Positions 9,120 to 18,337 of a stretch of 64,000 nt of DNA are shown in pieces; position 1 is the first letter of the stretch, and each line of letters opens with the position of its first letter. Made by a program: the position numbers and the translations under genes. The notes beneath the pieces were generated by a model. That model made no database searches and was not told where the DNA came from. It saw only the letters and a list, made by a program, of their open reading frames with translations. Location: contig CAJAVU010000059.1 in the NCBI GenBank assembly GCA_903945495.1, forward strand, positions 1,091 through 65,090. The letters run 5' to 3'. Source of the DNA: an uncultured Flavobacteriales bacterium (GTDB lineage Bacteria; Bacteroidota; Bacteroidia; Flavobacteriales_D; Crocinitomicaceae).

Positions 9120-10118
9120 CTATTCAATTACCTTCTTATCGCCTGAACTTGCATAAGCAATGTACGTGAAGGTTTCCAATTGTGCTTCGTTTTTCATTGC
9201 AATAAAATAAGGAACGTAAAATTCCCAGTAGAATCCAGAATTACCTTTTGCACTTTCTTCTTCCAATGAGGAAATCATTAGTTCCATTTTTGTCTGAAGA
9301 ATTTGAGCCTTATTTTTCTTTTTGTCTTTTTTCTCTAATCCTAAGGCAGAGCCCAACGAAACAATTAAATCGGTGGTTGTAAATGTGTTTGGTCCTGGTT
9401 TTCCATCTGCAGTTGTATCTGGTATATCCGTTATGTCAAAATTAATGGAATAAGAGTTTTTTCCCGTTTTAGTTGCATTTCCTATCAGCAAGGATTCAAG
9501 TGAAGCTAAATTTTCGATAGCTCTTGTTCCAGTTGGTTCAATGACAAAAAAGCGACAATAAGCCATTATCGCAGGGATATTCTTTTTATTCATTTCTTGA
9601 AAACGTCCAATGGCATTTTGCGAACCTGCATGCGAAGGATTGTATTTCGCCGCTTGCTCGAAACAAAGTAAGGCTTGATCATATTCCTTTAAACTAATCA
9701 AGGTAATTCCTTTGTTGAAATGCAATAAATAGAATTCTGGAAATTTAGATATTCCTTCTTCATACAATTCAACAGATTCCTCCGATTTATGCAAACCATC
9801 CAAGGCATTTCCATAGGCTACATACACTAAATTTAGTTCTTTTTCATCCGGATGAATTTCAATACATTTTCGTGAGACAACAATTGCTTCTTCAAATTTA
9901 GCCTGAGAATTAAGAGAATTTGCTTTTTCCGCTAAGGCATAAAAATTATCCTTATCCAAGCTTAAGGCTGCATCATACTTCTTAACGGCAGCTTCGTAAT
10001 TTCCTTTATCGTGAAGTTGAATTCCCTCATCAATTAATTTAAGCGCCGCAGCTTCGTCTTGAGCAAAGAAGGATCCAATTGAAAATGTGAATAAGCAAAG
10101 TAAGAATAGATTCTTCAT
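9120..10118 (-). CDS. TPR repeat protein, secreted
   Basis: Signal peptide, then repeated TPR-like units (GNYEAAVKKYDAALSLDKDN, AKFEEAIVVSRKCIEIHPDE, KEYDQALLCFEQAAKYNPSH). Confidence 0.8.
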   Translation of the reverse strand: MKNLFLLCLFTFSIGSFFAQDEAAALKLIDEGIQLHDKGNYEAAVKKYDAALSLDKDNFYALAEKANSLNSQAKFEEAIVVSRKCIEIHPDEKELNLVYVAYGNALDGLHKSEESVELYEEGISKFPEFYLLHFNKGITLISLKEYDQALLCFEQAAKYNPSHAGSQNAIGRFQEMNKKNIPAIMAYCRFFVIEPTGTRAIENLASLESLLIGNATKTGKNSYSINFDITDIPDTTADGKPGPNTFTTTDLIVSLGSALGLEKKDKKKNKAQILQTKMELMISSLEEESAKGNSGFYWEFYVPYFIAMKNEAQLETFTYIAYASSGDKKVIE

Positions 10119-10160
10119 AAAAGGGTGGGTAAATTAATTCTGAAAGATAAAAAAAGTGAA

Positions 10161-10709
10161 TCAATCATCCAAAAGATCTTTTTGTTCTAATGGAGATTCT
10201 GCAGTGTTTTCTTGATTCGCATGAGGGTTATTCATTTTGCGATATAAAATACCTAAATACAAATGAGGGAAAACGGTCGTTGCTAGGCCAATTAACAATT
10301 GAAATCCACGCATGATATACATAAACCAGCTCATTTCTTTTGGAAATTGATCCAAATCTTGAAACAAGGATGAAACGTCCATGTTGATGGAGAAAACAAA
10401 TAGTATGATGGATACCAAAGCAAATAAACTCAAACCCAAGTTGATATTAAATGCATGTTGACGCCATTTGGTTAAATTATAACCTAGTAAAATATATCCA
10501 ACTCCAATAATTAGACAAACGGGAATTAAATAGTTGAAATTCTGCGTCAAGTTTTGAAAAAAGGATAGGTTGATATCGGTCGAATTAGCGTTTACTCCAA
10601 TAAAGTTAAATAAGCGCGAAAAAATGAACAAGATGAAAACTCCAAGCGTATATAATCCGCCAACTCCATAAGTGAAAATCCGCGTATCTTTTTTAATAGG
10701 TGGTAACAT
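10161..10709 (-). CDS. hypothetical integral membrane protein
   Basis: 182-aa ORF with about 5 hydrophobic helices. Lies 3 nt downstream of the preceding gene, so probably in the same operon. Confidence 0.6.
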   Translation of the reverse strand: MLPPIKKDTRIFTYGVGGLYTLGVFILFIFSRLFNFIGVNANSTDINLSFFQNLTQNFNYLIPVCLIIGVGYILLGYNLTKWRQHAFNINLGLSLFALVSIILFVFSINMDVSSLFQDLDQFPKEMSWFMYIMRGFQLLIGLATTVFPHLYLGILYRKMNNPHANQENTAESPLEQKDLLDD

Positions 10710-10712
10710 ACA

Positions 10713-11687
10713 TTAGTTGTTTATTTTAGTCAAAAATAGTTTAAAATCTTCAATGCTTGTGGTGCTCGAAAAACAAGCGATTTTCTTTCCTTCAACAGTG
10801 TATAAGACAAAATAGGGTTGCGTGTTTACTTTGAAATCCTTTTGCTGTAAATAGGCATTTTTATCACCATAATACGTAAATGTTTTCTTGTACTTTTTCT
10901 TGAAATAGGCCACATCATCTGGTTCCATTGGCATTCGGTCGTCACACATGATTTGAAAAACAGTCAACTGTTTCATTAATGCATTTATTTCACTGTCATT
11001 GAACCACGTTTCTTCAATTCTGCGTGCATCATTGTTTAAGTAAGCGGAATAATACAATAAGATAGGTTTACCAAAGTAAAATCCGTTTTCCAAGGATGTT
11101 CTTAAATCGTAAAAGGCGTAGAAATTAACTTGATTTTTTTGTTGAGTCGGTGGTGCTTGGTCATTTACAAGTTCTTGGTCTATAGAGGAATATTGTTCTA
11201 AAATCCCTATGAAAGTTAAGGTGTCATTTTGATGTTTACCAATATACGTTCTAACATAATTTCGTTCTTCGCTATTTGGAAAGAAATCGTTAAATGTTTG
11301 ACTATTTTGATCGAATAAAACTGTGTCAGCAATACTATTCAATACAAACATTCGCGTTTTCGAAATTTCATATGATTCGCGATAGGCTGGACTAGCTTGA
11401 ACATCTTTTAATTCTTTCAACATCACTGCATACGACAAGGTGTCATACTTTTCCAAGTTGGCCGCCATGAAATTATTCAAGAAGTTACCAAAGAGCAAAA
11501 TGCGATCGACATCATCAAAATCGCCGCAATCGAACAAGACTTGTTTGTCATACAAAGCAGCAAGTTCACTTGGACCTTCTTTGATAATAGCCATTACAGA
11601 ATCTATTTCAGGACATGGAACTTGTCGTTGAGCAAAACTTAAGTTGAAGAAAGCCAGCGAAAGAAAGATTTGAAAAAATAACTTCAT
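10713..11687 (-). CDS. hypothetical secreted protein (C-terminal thioredoxin-fold-like, no CxxC)
   Basis: 324-aa ORF with a signal peptide (LSFAQ). First gene of an apparent three-gene minus-strand operon. Confidence 0.6.
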   Translation of the reverse strand: MKLFFQIFLSLAFFNLSFAQRQVPCPEIDSVMAIIKEGPSELAALYDKQVLFDCGDFDDVDRILLFGNFLNNFMAANLEKYDTLSYAVMLKELKDVQASPAYRESYEISKTRMFVLNSIADTVLFDQNSQTFNDFFPNSEERNYVRTYIGKHQNDTLTFIGILEQYSSIDQELVNDQAPPTQQKNQVNFYAFYDLRTSLENGFYFGKPILLYYSAYLNNDARRIEETWFNDSEINALMKQLTVFQIMCDDRMPMEPDDVAYFKKKYKKTFTYYGDKNAYLQQKDFKVNTQPYFVLYTVEGKKIACFSSTTSIEDFKLFLTKINN

Positions 11688-11848
11688 TAAGTAAAGATAG
11701 TGTTTTGTTCAGTTAAATGTTGAACGTCAAACTGTGAAAACGAATAATTCCATTTTACACACACTTAATCAAAAGGTTCATGCGACTCTTCAAACGACCT
11801 GTTAAATAAGCAAAAGGAATATCATTTTTGATGCATAATTGATCGAAG

Positions 11849-14800
11849 ATGAAAACAACAACTTTTAAATTTTTAGCCGGATTCTCACTTTTAGTGACAA
11901 TTCTGTATGCATGCGGAAACGGAAAACCAGAATTATTCCGAGTAGATCCAGCTTATGGAAAGTACGTGTCAGGTTACACCAGTGGAATGGTTAGTCGAAC
12001 CTCTGGAATTCGCGTAGACCTTGGTGATTCAACCTTGAAAAATATTGATCCGAAGAACACGGAAATTCTCAATGATATTTTTCAATTCGAACCAGAAATT
12101 AAAGGAAAGGCTGTTTGGATAGGAAAACATGCGGTTGAATTTATTCCAGATGAAAATCTGCCTGTTGGACAATTTTACACTGTATCGTTCGATTTACAGC
12201 GTGTTGCAGAAGTGGATTATGGTCACGAAGAATTTAAATTTCAGTTTGCGACATACACGCAACACATGTATGTTGAATCGGAAGGTTTAAAAAGCTATAA
12301 TGAAGAAGATATTGAATGGCAATATTTAGAAGGAAAGGTAAGAACAACCGATTTTGAAGATTCATCGACGCTTATAAAAACACTAACAGCCAATTGCAAT
12401 GGTAAAAGCTTAGACATTCGTTTGGAAGAATCGTATGGTGAGCATGAGTATCGATTTATTGTCGATAGTATCGAGCGAACAGATAAACCAGGAAAAGTGC
12501 AATTGTTTTGGGATGGAACGCCAATCAATTCAATGAGTAAAGGAAAATTGGCTGAAGATGTTGTCGAATTGGGAAATTTCTCTTTAACCGATGTGACAGT
12601 TGTCGATCATGATGATCAATCAGTAAATCTAATTTTCAGTGAACCAATTTTGGCTGACCAAGATTTAACTGGATTCATTCGCATCGAAGGACAAGAGAAT
12701 TTGACTTTTAGTGTTGATAATAATAATGTTTCCGTTTATCTTCCAAACAGAACTGTCGGAAGAAAATACCTTGAAGTGTTCGCCGGAATAAAGAACTTCA
12801 AAGGACATAAGATGCTACGAAACTTTCATCAATTTATTCAATTTGAAGAACCAAAACCACGCGTTCGTATTGTTGACTCTGGAAATATTCTTCCCAATTC
12901 ACAAGGTTTGATATTTCCTTTTGAAACAATTGGATTAAAAGCTGTCGATTTACGTATCATGCGCATTTTTGAAAACAATGTTCACCATTTCTTACAAGTG
13001 AACGATCTAAATGGATCAGATGAGTTGACACGTTTTGGAAAGGTGATTTTTGAAAAGAAAATTTTCATTGATCAAGATAAAAACATGAATTTCAAACAAT
13101 GGTCGAAACATGTTGTTGACCTTGGGAAATATATCAATCCACAACCGGGAGCAATTTATCGCATTAGTATTAAATTCAGTAAAGATTATACGACGTGTGA
13201 TTGTCCAGCAAATCCAGTTAGTGAAGAACCTTCAGAAGAGAATGATTATTACGAAGAGGAAGAAGAAGTTGATCCAAATTGGAATGAAAATTTATGGTCG
13301 AGTTGGTTCTACAATGATGAATACGAAAACTGGGACGATTACTACGACGAAGATCCTGTTTGCTCAGATGATTATTACCGCGGAAAAGGAGTAAGCAAAA
13401 ACATTCTCGCATCAGATTTAGGAATGATCTTTAAATTGGATGAAGACAAAACTGGACACGCTTTCGTGACGAATATGTTGACAACAGAACCAATGGCTAA
13501 TGTTGTGATGGAATACTATTCTTACACGAAAGAGTTGATAGCAAGTGGTGTTACGAATGCAGAAGGAAACTTTAATGTAAAACTCAAAGAAAAGCCATTT
13601 TTATTGATTGCAAAACATGGAAAACAACGTGGTTACTTGAAATTACAAGATGGAAATGTGAATTCACTCAGTAAATTCGATGTCGATGGAGAAAAGGTAC
13701 AAAATGGAATCAAAGGTTTTATTTATGGTGAACGCGGTGTTTGGCGTCCTGGTGATTCGCTGTACCTCAATTTTATCTTGAACGATAAATACAAATCGCT
13801 CCCTAAAAATCATCCTGTTGAATTTGAATTACAAGATCCTTCTGGACAAGTAGTGTATGAAGTCACCAAAACGAAGAATGTTGAAGGAACCTACGATTTT
13901 AGAACCAAAACGGAACAAGGAGCAATGTCTGGGAATTACTTGGCGATTGCGCGTGTTGGGAATTTTGAATTCACCAAAACAATTAAGATTGAAACAATCA
14001 AACCAAATCGCTTAAAAATTGACTTCAAAGTGAATCCAACTCAGTCTGCTGATTCTTCTGCAACATTGAGTGTAACATGGTTGCATGGCGCCGTGGCTAG
14101 AAATCTTAAATCATTGATAACAGTTGGATTTCAACCGACAACTACCAAATTTGATGGGTTTAAGGAATACGTGTTTGATTCACCCTTGCGCGATTTTAAT
14201 TCAGACGTGGAAACAATGTTTGAAGGAAAATTGAATGAAAAAGGAATTGCTCATCCCAAAACGAAATTGAACAACGTATTTGATGCTCCTGGGAAATTGA
14301 AAGCATTGTATGTCGTGAAAGTATTTGAAGAAGGAGGTGATTTTTCGATTGATCGTTTTCAATCAATTTACTCGCCTTTCAAAACCTACATTGGTTTAAA
14401 AACGCCTGCCATGAAAAGTTATGATCAATCCGTTGAAACTGATAAAATGCACAAGTTTGATGTAGTGGCGTTGAATGAACAAGGTAAATTAGTTCATACG
14501 TCAAATCTAAAAGTGAAAATTTACAAATTGAACTGGCGCTGGTGGTATGAAGAAGGAGAAGATGATTTGATGGAATATGTTGCGCGCGCTGGAACAATCG
14601 CCATTAAAGATACAGTGATTGATGCTGTAGCAGGGAAAGGAAGTTTCAATTTCAGAGTGAGAAATGAAAATTATGGACGCTATTTAATAACGGTTTCTGA
14701 TCCTGCTGGAAATCATCAAACCGGGAAAGTAATCAACTTCGATTGGTCGTATTGGAACCGTGGAAACCGAACCGAGAATGAGCAAGCAAAAATGTTGAGT

Positions 14801-17401
14801 TTCTCTAGTGACAAGAAAGAATACATCCGCGGTGAACAAGTAAAACTTAGTTTTCCGTCACCAGAAGCGGGTAGAGCTTTGGTAAGTATTGAAAATGGTC
14901 AACGCATCGTTCAAACGTATTGGGTCAAAACGCAAAAAGGAGAAACGAATTTCCAATTTGAAACAACTGCTGCAATGTCGCCAGCATGCTATGTTCATGT
15001 GACAATGATTCAGCCGCATATTCACACGAAGAATGATTTGCCAATTCGCATGTATGGCGTTATTCCAATAACAGTGGACAATCCAGCAACGCATTTGAAT
15101 CCAATTATTTTGTCTGCGGATGTGTTTAAACCAGAAAGTACTTCATCCATTCAAGTGAAAGAGCAAAATGGTAAACGAATGGTTTATACGATCGATGTTG
15201 TAGACAATGGTTTACTCGATTTAACGCGCTTTTCGACTCCGCAGCCACATGGAACTTTTTATGCACGTGAAGCTTTAGGAGTTAAAACATGGGATATGTT
15301 TGATGAAGTGATTGGTGCTTATTCTGGACGTTTGGATAACCTAATTGGAATTGGAGGAGATGGATTTGTAGAGCCTGGTTCTGGACCGAAAGCGAATCGT
15401 TTTAAACCAATAATTCATCACCTTGGACCTTTTGTTTTAGAAGCAGGACAAACGCGTACGCACAAGATTGATATTCCAAATTACATCGGTTCCGTGCGTG
15501 TAATGATTGTTGCTCATGATAACGATGCCGCTTTTGGAAATGCTGAAAAAAATGTTTTTGTTCGAAAACCATTAATGGTACTTACGAGCTTACCACGCGT
15601 GCTTGCTCCAGGCGAAGAATTGAATGTTCCAGTAACGTTATTCGCCATGGAGAAACACGTGAAAAGTGTAACAACGACAATCGAAGCAAATGACTTTTTT
15701 GAAGTCTTGGATGGAACTAGCAGAACGACAAGTTTTTCTGAAATTGGTGATCAGTTGGTGTATTTTAGAGTACGCGTTAAACGTAAAGCCGGAATTGGAA
15801 AAATTAAGATTGTTGCTAAAGGAAACGGTGAAGTAGGGAAGGACGAAACCGAATTGGATATTCGACCTGCAAATCCGCCAATCAAAGAAGTGAGCAGCTT
15901 CGTGGTTGAAAATGGAAAATCCTTAAATGCTGTTTTGAAAAAGATTGGGATTACAGGGACAAATAAAGTGGTGATTGAAGTGTCAAATTCTCCAGCGATT
16001 GGGTTGGAAAAACGCTTGAACTACTTGATTCAATATCCGCATGGATGTGTTGAACAAACGACTTCTGCTGCATTTCCTCAGTTGTATGTCGATGGAGTAA
16101 TGGAATTAAATGATCAACAGCAAAAACAGATTTCAACAAATGTTGATGCTGCTATAAACCGTTTGCAAGGATTCCAAATTAGTACAGGAGGATTTTCTTA
16201 CTGGCCAGGTGAAGCTACTGAGAACGAGTGGGCAACAAATTATGTTGGACATTTCTTAATCGAAGCACAAGCCCAAGGCTACAAAATTCCTGATTACATG
16301 TTAACCAATTGGGTGGAATATCAAAAGGCGAAAGCGCAAAATTGGGATGTGGCTGCATACAATAGTCGACCAGAAACGGGTGAAATGATTCAATCGTATC
16401 GTTTGTTTGTTTTGGCCTTGAACAAAACACCTGCGCTCGGAGCTATGAATCGTTTGCGTGAGCGTTCAGAATTATCATTGGTTTCACGTTATCGACTTGC
16501 AGCGGCGTATCAGTTGATTGGTCAAGCTGACATTGCGAAGAAAATTGTTTCATCTCAAACAATGAAGTTTGCGAGTTACCAAGAATTATCTGGGACATTT
16601 GGTTCTGATTTTAGAGACAAAGCAATGGTATTGGAAGCTTTGAGTTATTTAAAAGACAAGAAGAAAACGGATCAATTGGCGAAGGAAGTTGCGGAAAGCC
16701 TTCGTTCGGAAGAATGGATGAGTACACAAGAAACGGCCTATGGATTATTAGCCATTTGTGCATATACTGGAAAGAAAGGCATTAACGTGAAACTTCAGTT
16801 TAATCATACATTGGCTGGTTCTACGGCAAAATCAGTGAGTAGTTTAAAATCGATTAGTAAGCTTGCATTTTACGAAAATGAATTGTCTGCAAAAACCAAT
16901 TGGACACTCAAAAATCTAGGAACTGGAAAATTGTTTGTTACTATTACAGCTTATGGAATTTTACCTGAAAAGAATCAAAAAGCGAAAGCAAACGGATTAA
17001 AATTGTCGATACGTTATGTTGATTTAAAAGGAAGTTTAATTAATCCGCTGAAAATGCAGCAAGGAACAGAATTTACGGCTGAGGTAACGATTAAGAATTT
17101 GAACAAATCGAAGTACTTAAAAGAACTTGCTTTGACACAATTCTTTCCTTCAGGATGGGAAATTCACAATTCGCGCATGGATGAAATGAATTATGAAACA
17201 AATGCACGTTACCAAGATTTTAGAGATGATTGTGTATTGAGTTACTACGATTTAGCACCGGCGCAGGAAAAAACAATTCGGGTACGCTTGAACGCATCTT
17301 TTGTGGGGAAATATTTCTTGCCAGGAATTTATACGGAAGCAATGTATGATAATAGTATTTCAGCTTTATTACCAGGAAAATGGGTTGAAGTTGTAAAGTA
17401 A
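11849..17401 (+). CDS. alpha-2-macroglobulin family lipoprotein with intact thioester motif
   Basis: 1850 aa. Lipobox LYAC. YPHGCVEQTTSAAFPQL carries the CxEQ thioester motif. Size and repetitive beta (MG-domain) architecture are typical of bacterial yfhM/ECAM-type A2M. Confidence 0.93.
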   Translation: MKTTTFKFLAGFSLLVTILYACGNGKPELFRVDPAYGKYVSGYTSGMVSRTSGIRVDLGDSTLKNIDPKNTEILNDIFQFEPEIKGKAVWIGKHAVEFIPDENLPVGQFYTVSFDLQRVAEVDYGHEEFKFQFATYTQHMYVESEGLKSYNEEDIEWQYLEGKVRTTDFEDSSTLIKTLTANCNGKSLDIRLEESYGEHEYRFIVDSIERTDKPGKVQLFWDGTPINSMSKGKLAEDVVELGNFSLTDVTVVDHDDQSVNLIFSEPILADQDLTGFIRIEGQENLTFSVDNNNVSVYLPNRTVGRKYLEVFAGIKNFKGHKMLRNFHQFIQFEEPKPRVRIVDSGNILPNSQGLIFPFETIGLKAVDLRIMRIFENNVHHFLQVNDLNGSDELTRFGKVIFEKKIFIDQDKNMNFKQWSKHVVDLGKYINPQPGAIYRISIKFSKDYTTCDCPANPVSEEPSEENDYYEEEEEVDPNWNENLWSSWFYNDEYENWDDYYDEDPVCSDDYYRGKGVSKNILASDLGMIFKLDEDKTGHAFVTNMLTTEPMANVVMEYYSYTKELIASGVTNAEGNFNVKLKEKPFLLIAKHGKQRGYLKLQDGNVNSLSKFDVDGEKVQNGIKGFIYGERGVWRPGDSLYLNFILNDKYKSLPKNHPVEFELQDPSGQVVYEVTKTKNVEGTYDFRTKTEQGAMSGNYLAIARVGNFEFTKTIKIETIKPNRLKIDFKVNPTQSADSSATLSVTWLHGAVARNLKSLITVGFQPTTTKFDGFKEYVFDSPLRDFNSDVETMFEGKLNEKGIAHPKTKLNNVFDAPGKLKALYVVKVFEEGGDFSIDRFQSIYSPFKTYIGLKTPAMKSYDQSVETDKMHKFDVVALNEQGKLVHTSNLKVKIYKLNWRWWYEEGEDDLMEYVARAGTIAIKDTVIDAVAGKGSFNFRVRNENYGRYLITVSDPAGNHQTGKVINFDWSYWNRGNRTENEQAKMLSFSSDKKEYIRGEQVKLSFPSPEAGRALVSIENGQRIVQTYWVKTQKGETNFQFETTAAMSPACYVHVTMIQPHIHTKNDLPIRMYGVIPITVDNPATHLNPIILSADVFKPESTSSIQVKEQNGKRMVYTIDVVDNGLLDLTRFSTPQPHGTFYAREALGVKTWDMFDEVIGAYSGRLDNLIGIGGDGFVEPGSGPKANRFKPIIHHLGPFVLEAGQTRTHKIDIPNYIGSVRVMIVAHDNDAAFGNAEKNVFVRKPLMVLTSLPRVLAPGEELNVPVTLFAMEKHVKSVTTTIEANDFFEVLDGTSRTTSFSEIGDQLVYFRVRVKRKAGIGKIKIVAKGNGEVGKDETELDIRPANPPIKEVSSFVVENGKSLNAVLKKIGITGTNKVVIEVSNSPAIGLEKRLNYLIQYPHGCVEQTTSAAFPQLYVDGVMELNDQQQKQISTNVDAAINRLQGFQISTGGFSYWPGEATENEWATNYVGHFLIEAQAQGYKIPDYMLTNWVEYQKAKAQNWDVAAYNSRPETGEMIQSYRLFVLALNKTPALGAMNRLRERSELSLVSRYRLAAAYQLIGQADIAKKIVSSQTMKFASYQELSGTFGSDFRDKAMVLEALSYLKDKKKTDQLAKEVAESLRSEEWMSTQETAYGLLAICAYTGKKGINVKLQFNHTLAGSTAKSVSSLKSISKLAFYENELSAKTNWTLKNLGTGKLFVTITAYGILPEKNQKAKANGLKLSIRYVDLKGSLINPLKMQQGTEFTAEVTIKNLNKSKYLKELALTQFFPSGWEIHNSRMDEMNYETNARYQDFRDDCVLSYYDLAPAQEKTIRVRLNASFVGKYFLPGIYTEAMYDNSISALLPGKWVEVVK

Positions 17402-17457
17402 AGTGAAGCGGCCTACCTATCGCGACACAAGCAGTCGAATACCGACTAAACCAAACG

Positions 17458-17485
17458 AAAGAGCTCAGCAATGGGCTCTTTTTTG
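17458..17485 (+). terminator. rho-independent terminator after the A2M gene
   Basis: AAAGAGCTC-AGCAAT-GGGCTCTTT stem-loop followed by TTTTG. Confidence 0.7.
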
Positions 17486-17576
17486 ATTTAAAAGCATATT
17501 AATTTAAAGAATCGTCTTTAATTCATCGAACCTCTTGTAATTGTTTTTATTTATTATTAATCTATTCACTTGTTTC

Positions 17577-17597
17577 TAATCACTAATCACTAATTAC
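17577..17597. repeat. tandem heptamer array (TAATCAC x2, TAATTAC)
   Basis: Same heptamer family as at 3396-3423. It again lies at or over the stop codon of a minus-strand gene (the LytTR regulator). Confidence 0.75.
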
Positions 17598-18337
17598 AAT
17601 TCATCCAACATTTTCACAACATCAGGTCGTTTACGTGTTGAAACAGGAACCATGCTTCCATCTGTCATGATGAGGTGTCCACCTTCTGTTTTAACAAATT
17701 CACGAATGTATTTTGTATTGACTAAATGCGATTGATGTACGCGGTAAAAGTTTAAATCAGTCAATAAATCCTCGTATTCTTTCAAGGTTTTTGAAACGAC
17801 CATTTTCTTCCGGTCAGCAAAATAAAACTCTGTATAGTTTACACTGCTTTCACAACGAATGATGTCTGAAATATTGACAATGTGTATTTTATCTTGGGAA
17901 TGTAGCGCCAAACGTTCTGTTGGTTTGGAGTGATTCTTCAATGAATCATTCAGCAATTTGTATTTTTCATTTTCATTGATTTGTTGCTTGCGGTATTTTT
18001 CCAAGGAACTAACCAATTCATCAGGATCAACTGGTTTTAACAAATAATCGATAGCCGCATAACGAAAAGCCTTAATCGCATGCGCATCTGAAGCCGTAAT
18101 AAAAATAATTTTAAACGGAATCGTTGGCAAGAGATCCAACAAGTCAAAACCACTTCCGTCTTGCATTTGAATGTCCAGAAACACAATGTCAGGTTGAACA
18201 TTTTTCAAAAGTTTGGCGCCTTCAACAACACCTGATGCTTCACCAATTAGTTCCACATCTGGCGCATAATCCACTAAGTCTTGGCGCAAAGTCGTGCGCG
18301 CTTGCTCAATATCGTCGATGATGATTGCTTTGATCAT
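17594..18337 (-). CDS. LytTR-family DNA-binding response regulator
   Basis: REC domain (MIKAIIIDD...DIVFLDIQM...IIFITA...YLLKP) plus a C-terminal LytTR domain. Start set at ATG 18337, which overlaps the kinase stop as ATGA. Confidence 0.9.
   Translation of the reverse strand: MIKAIIIDDIEQARTTLRQDLVDYAPDVELIGEASGVVEGAKLLKNVQPDIVFLDIQMQDGSGFDLLDLLPTIPFKIIFITASDAHAIKAFRYAAIDYLLKPVDPDELVSSLEKYRKQQINENEKYKLLNDSLKNHSKPTERLALHSQDKIHIVNISDIIRCESSVNYTEFYFADRKKMVVSKTLKEYEDLLTDLNFYRVHQSHLVNTKYIREFVKTEGGHLIMTDGSMVPVSTRKRPDVVKMLDEL

Noticed and set aside
12295-17471. Multiple 60-95-aa ORFs within or antisense to the A2M gene (for example 12295-12528, 13110-13394, 14379-14597, 15951-16139, 17220-17471).
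   Set aside because: All lie within or overlap a long, well-supported CDS. They have no recognisable domains and have the composition typical of shadow frames in AT-rich DNA.
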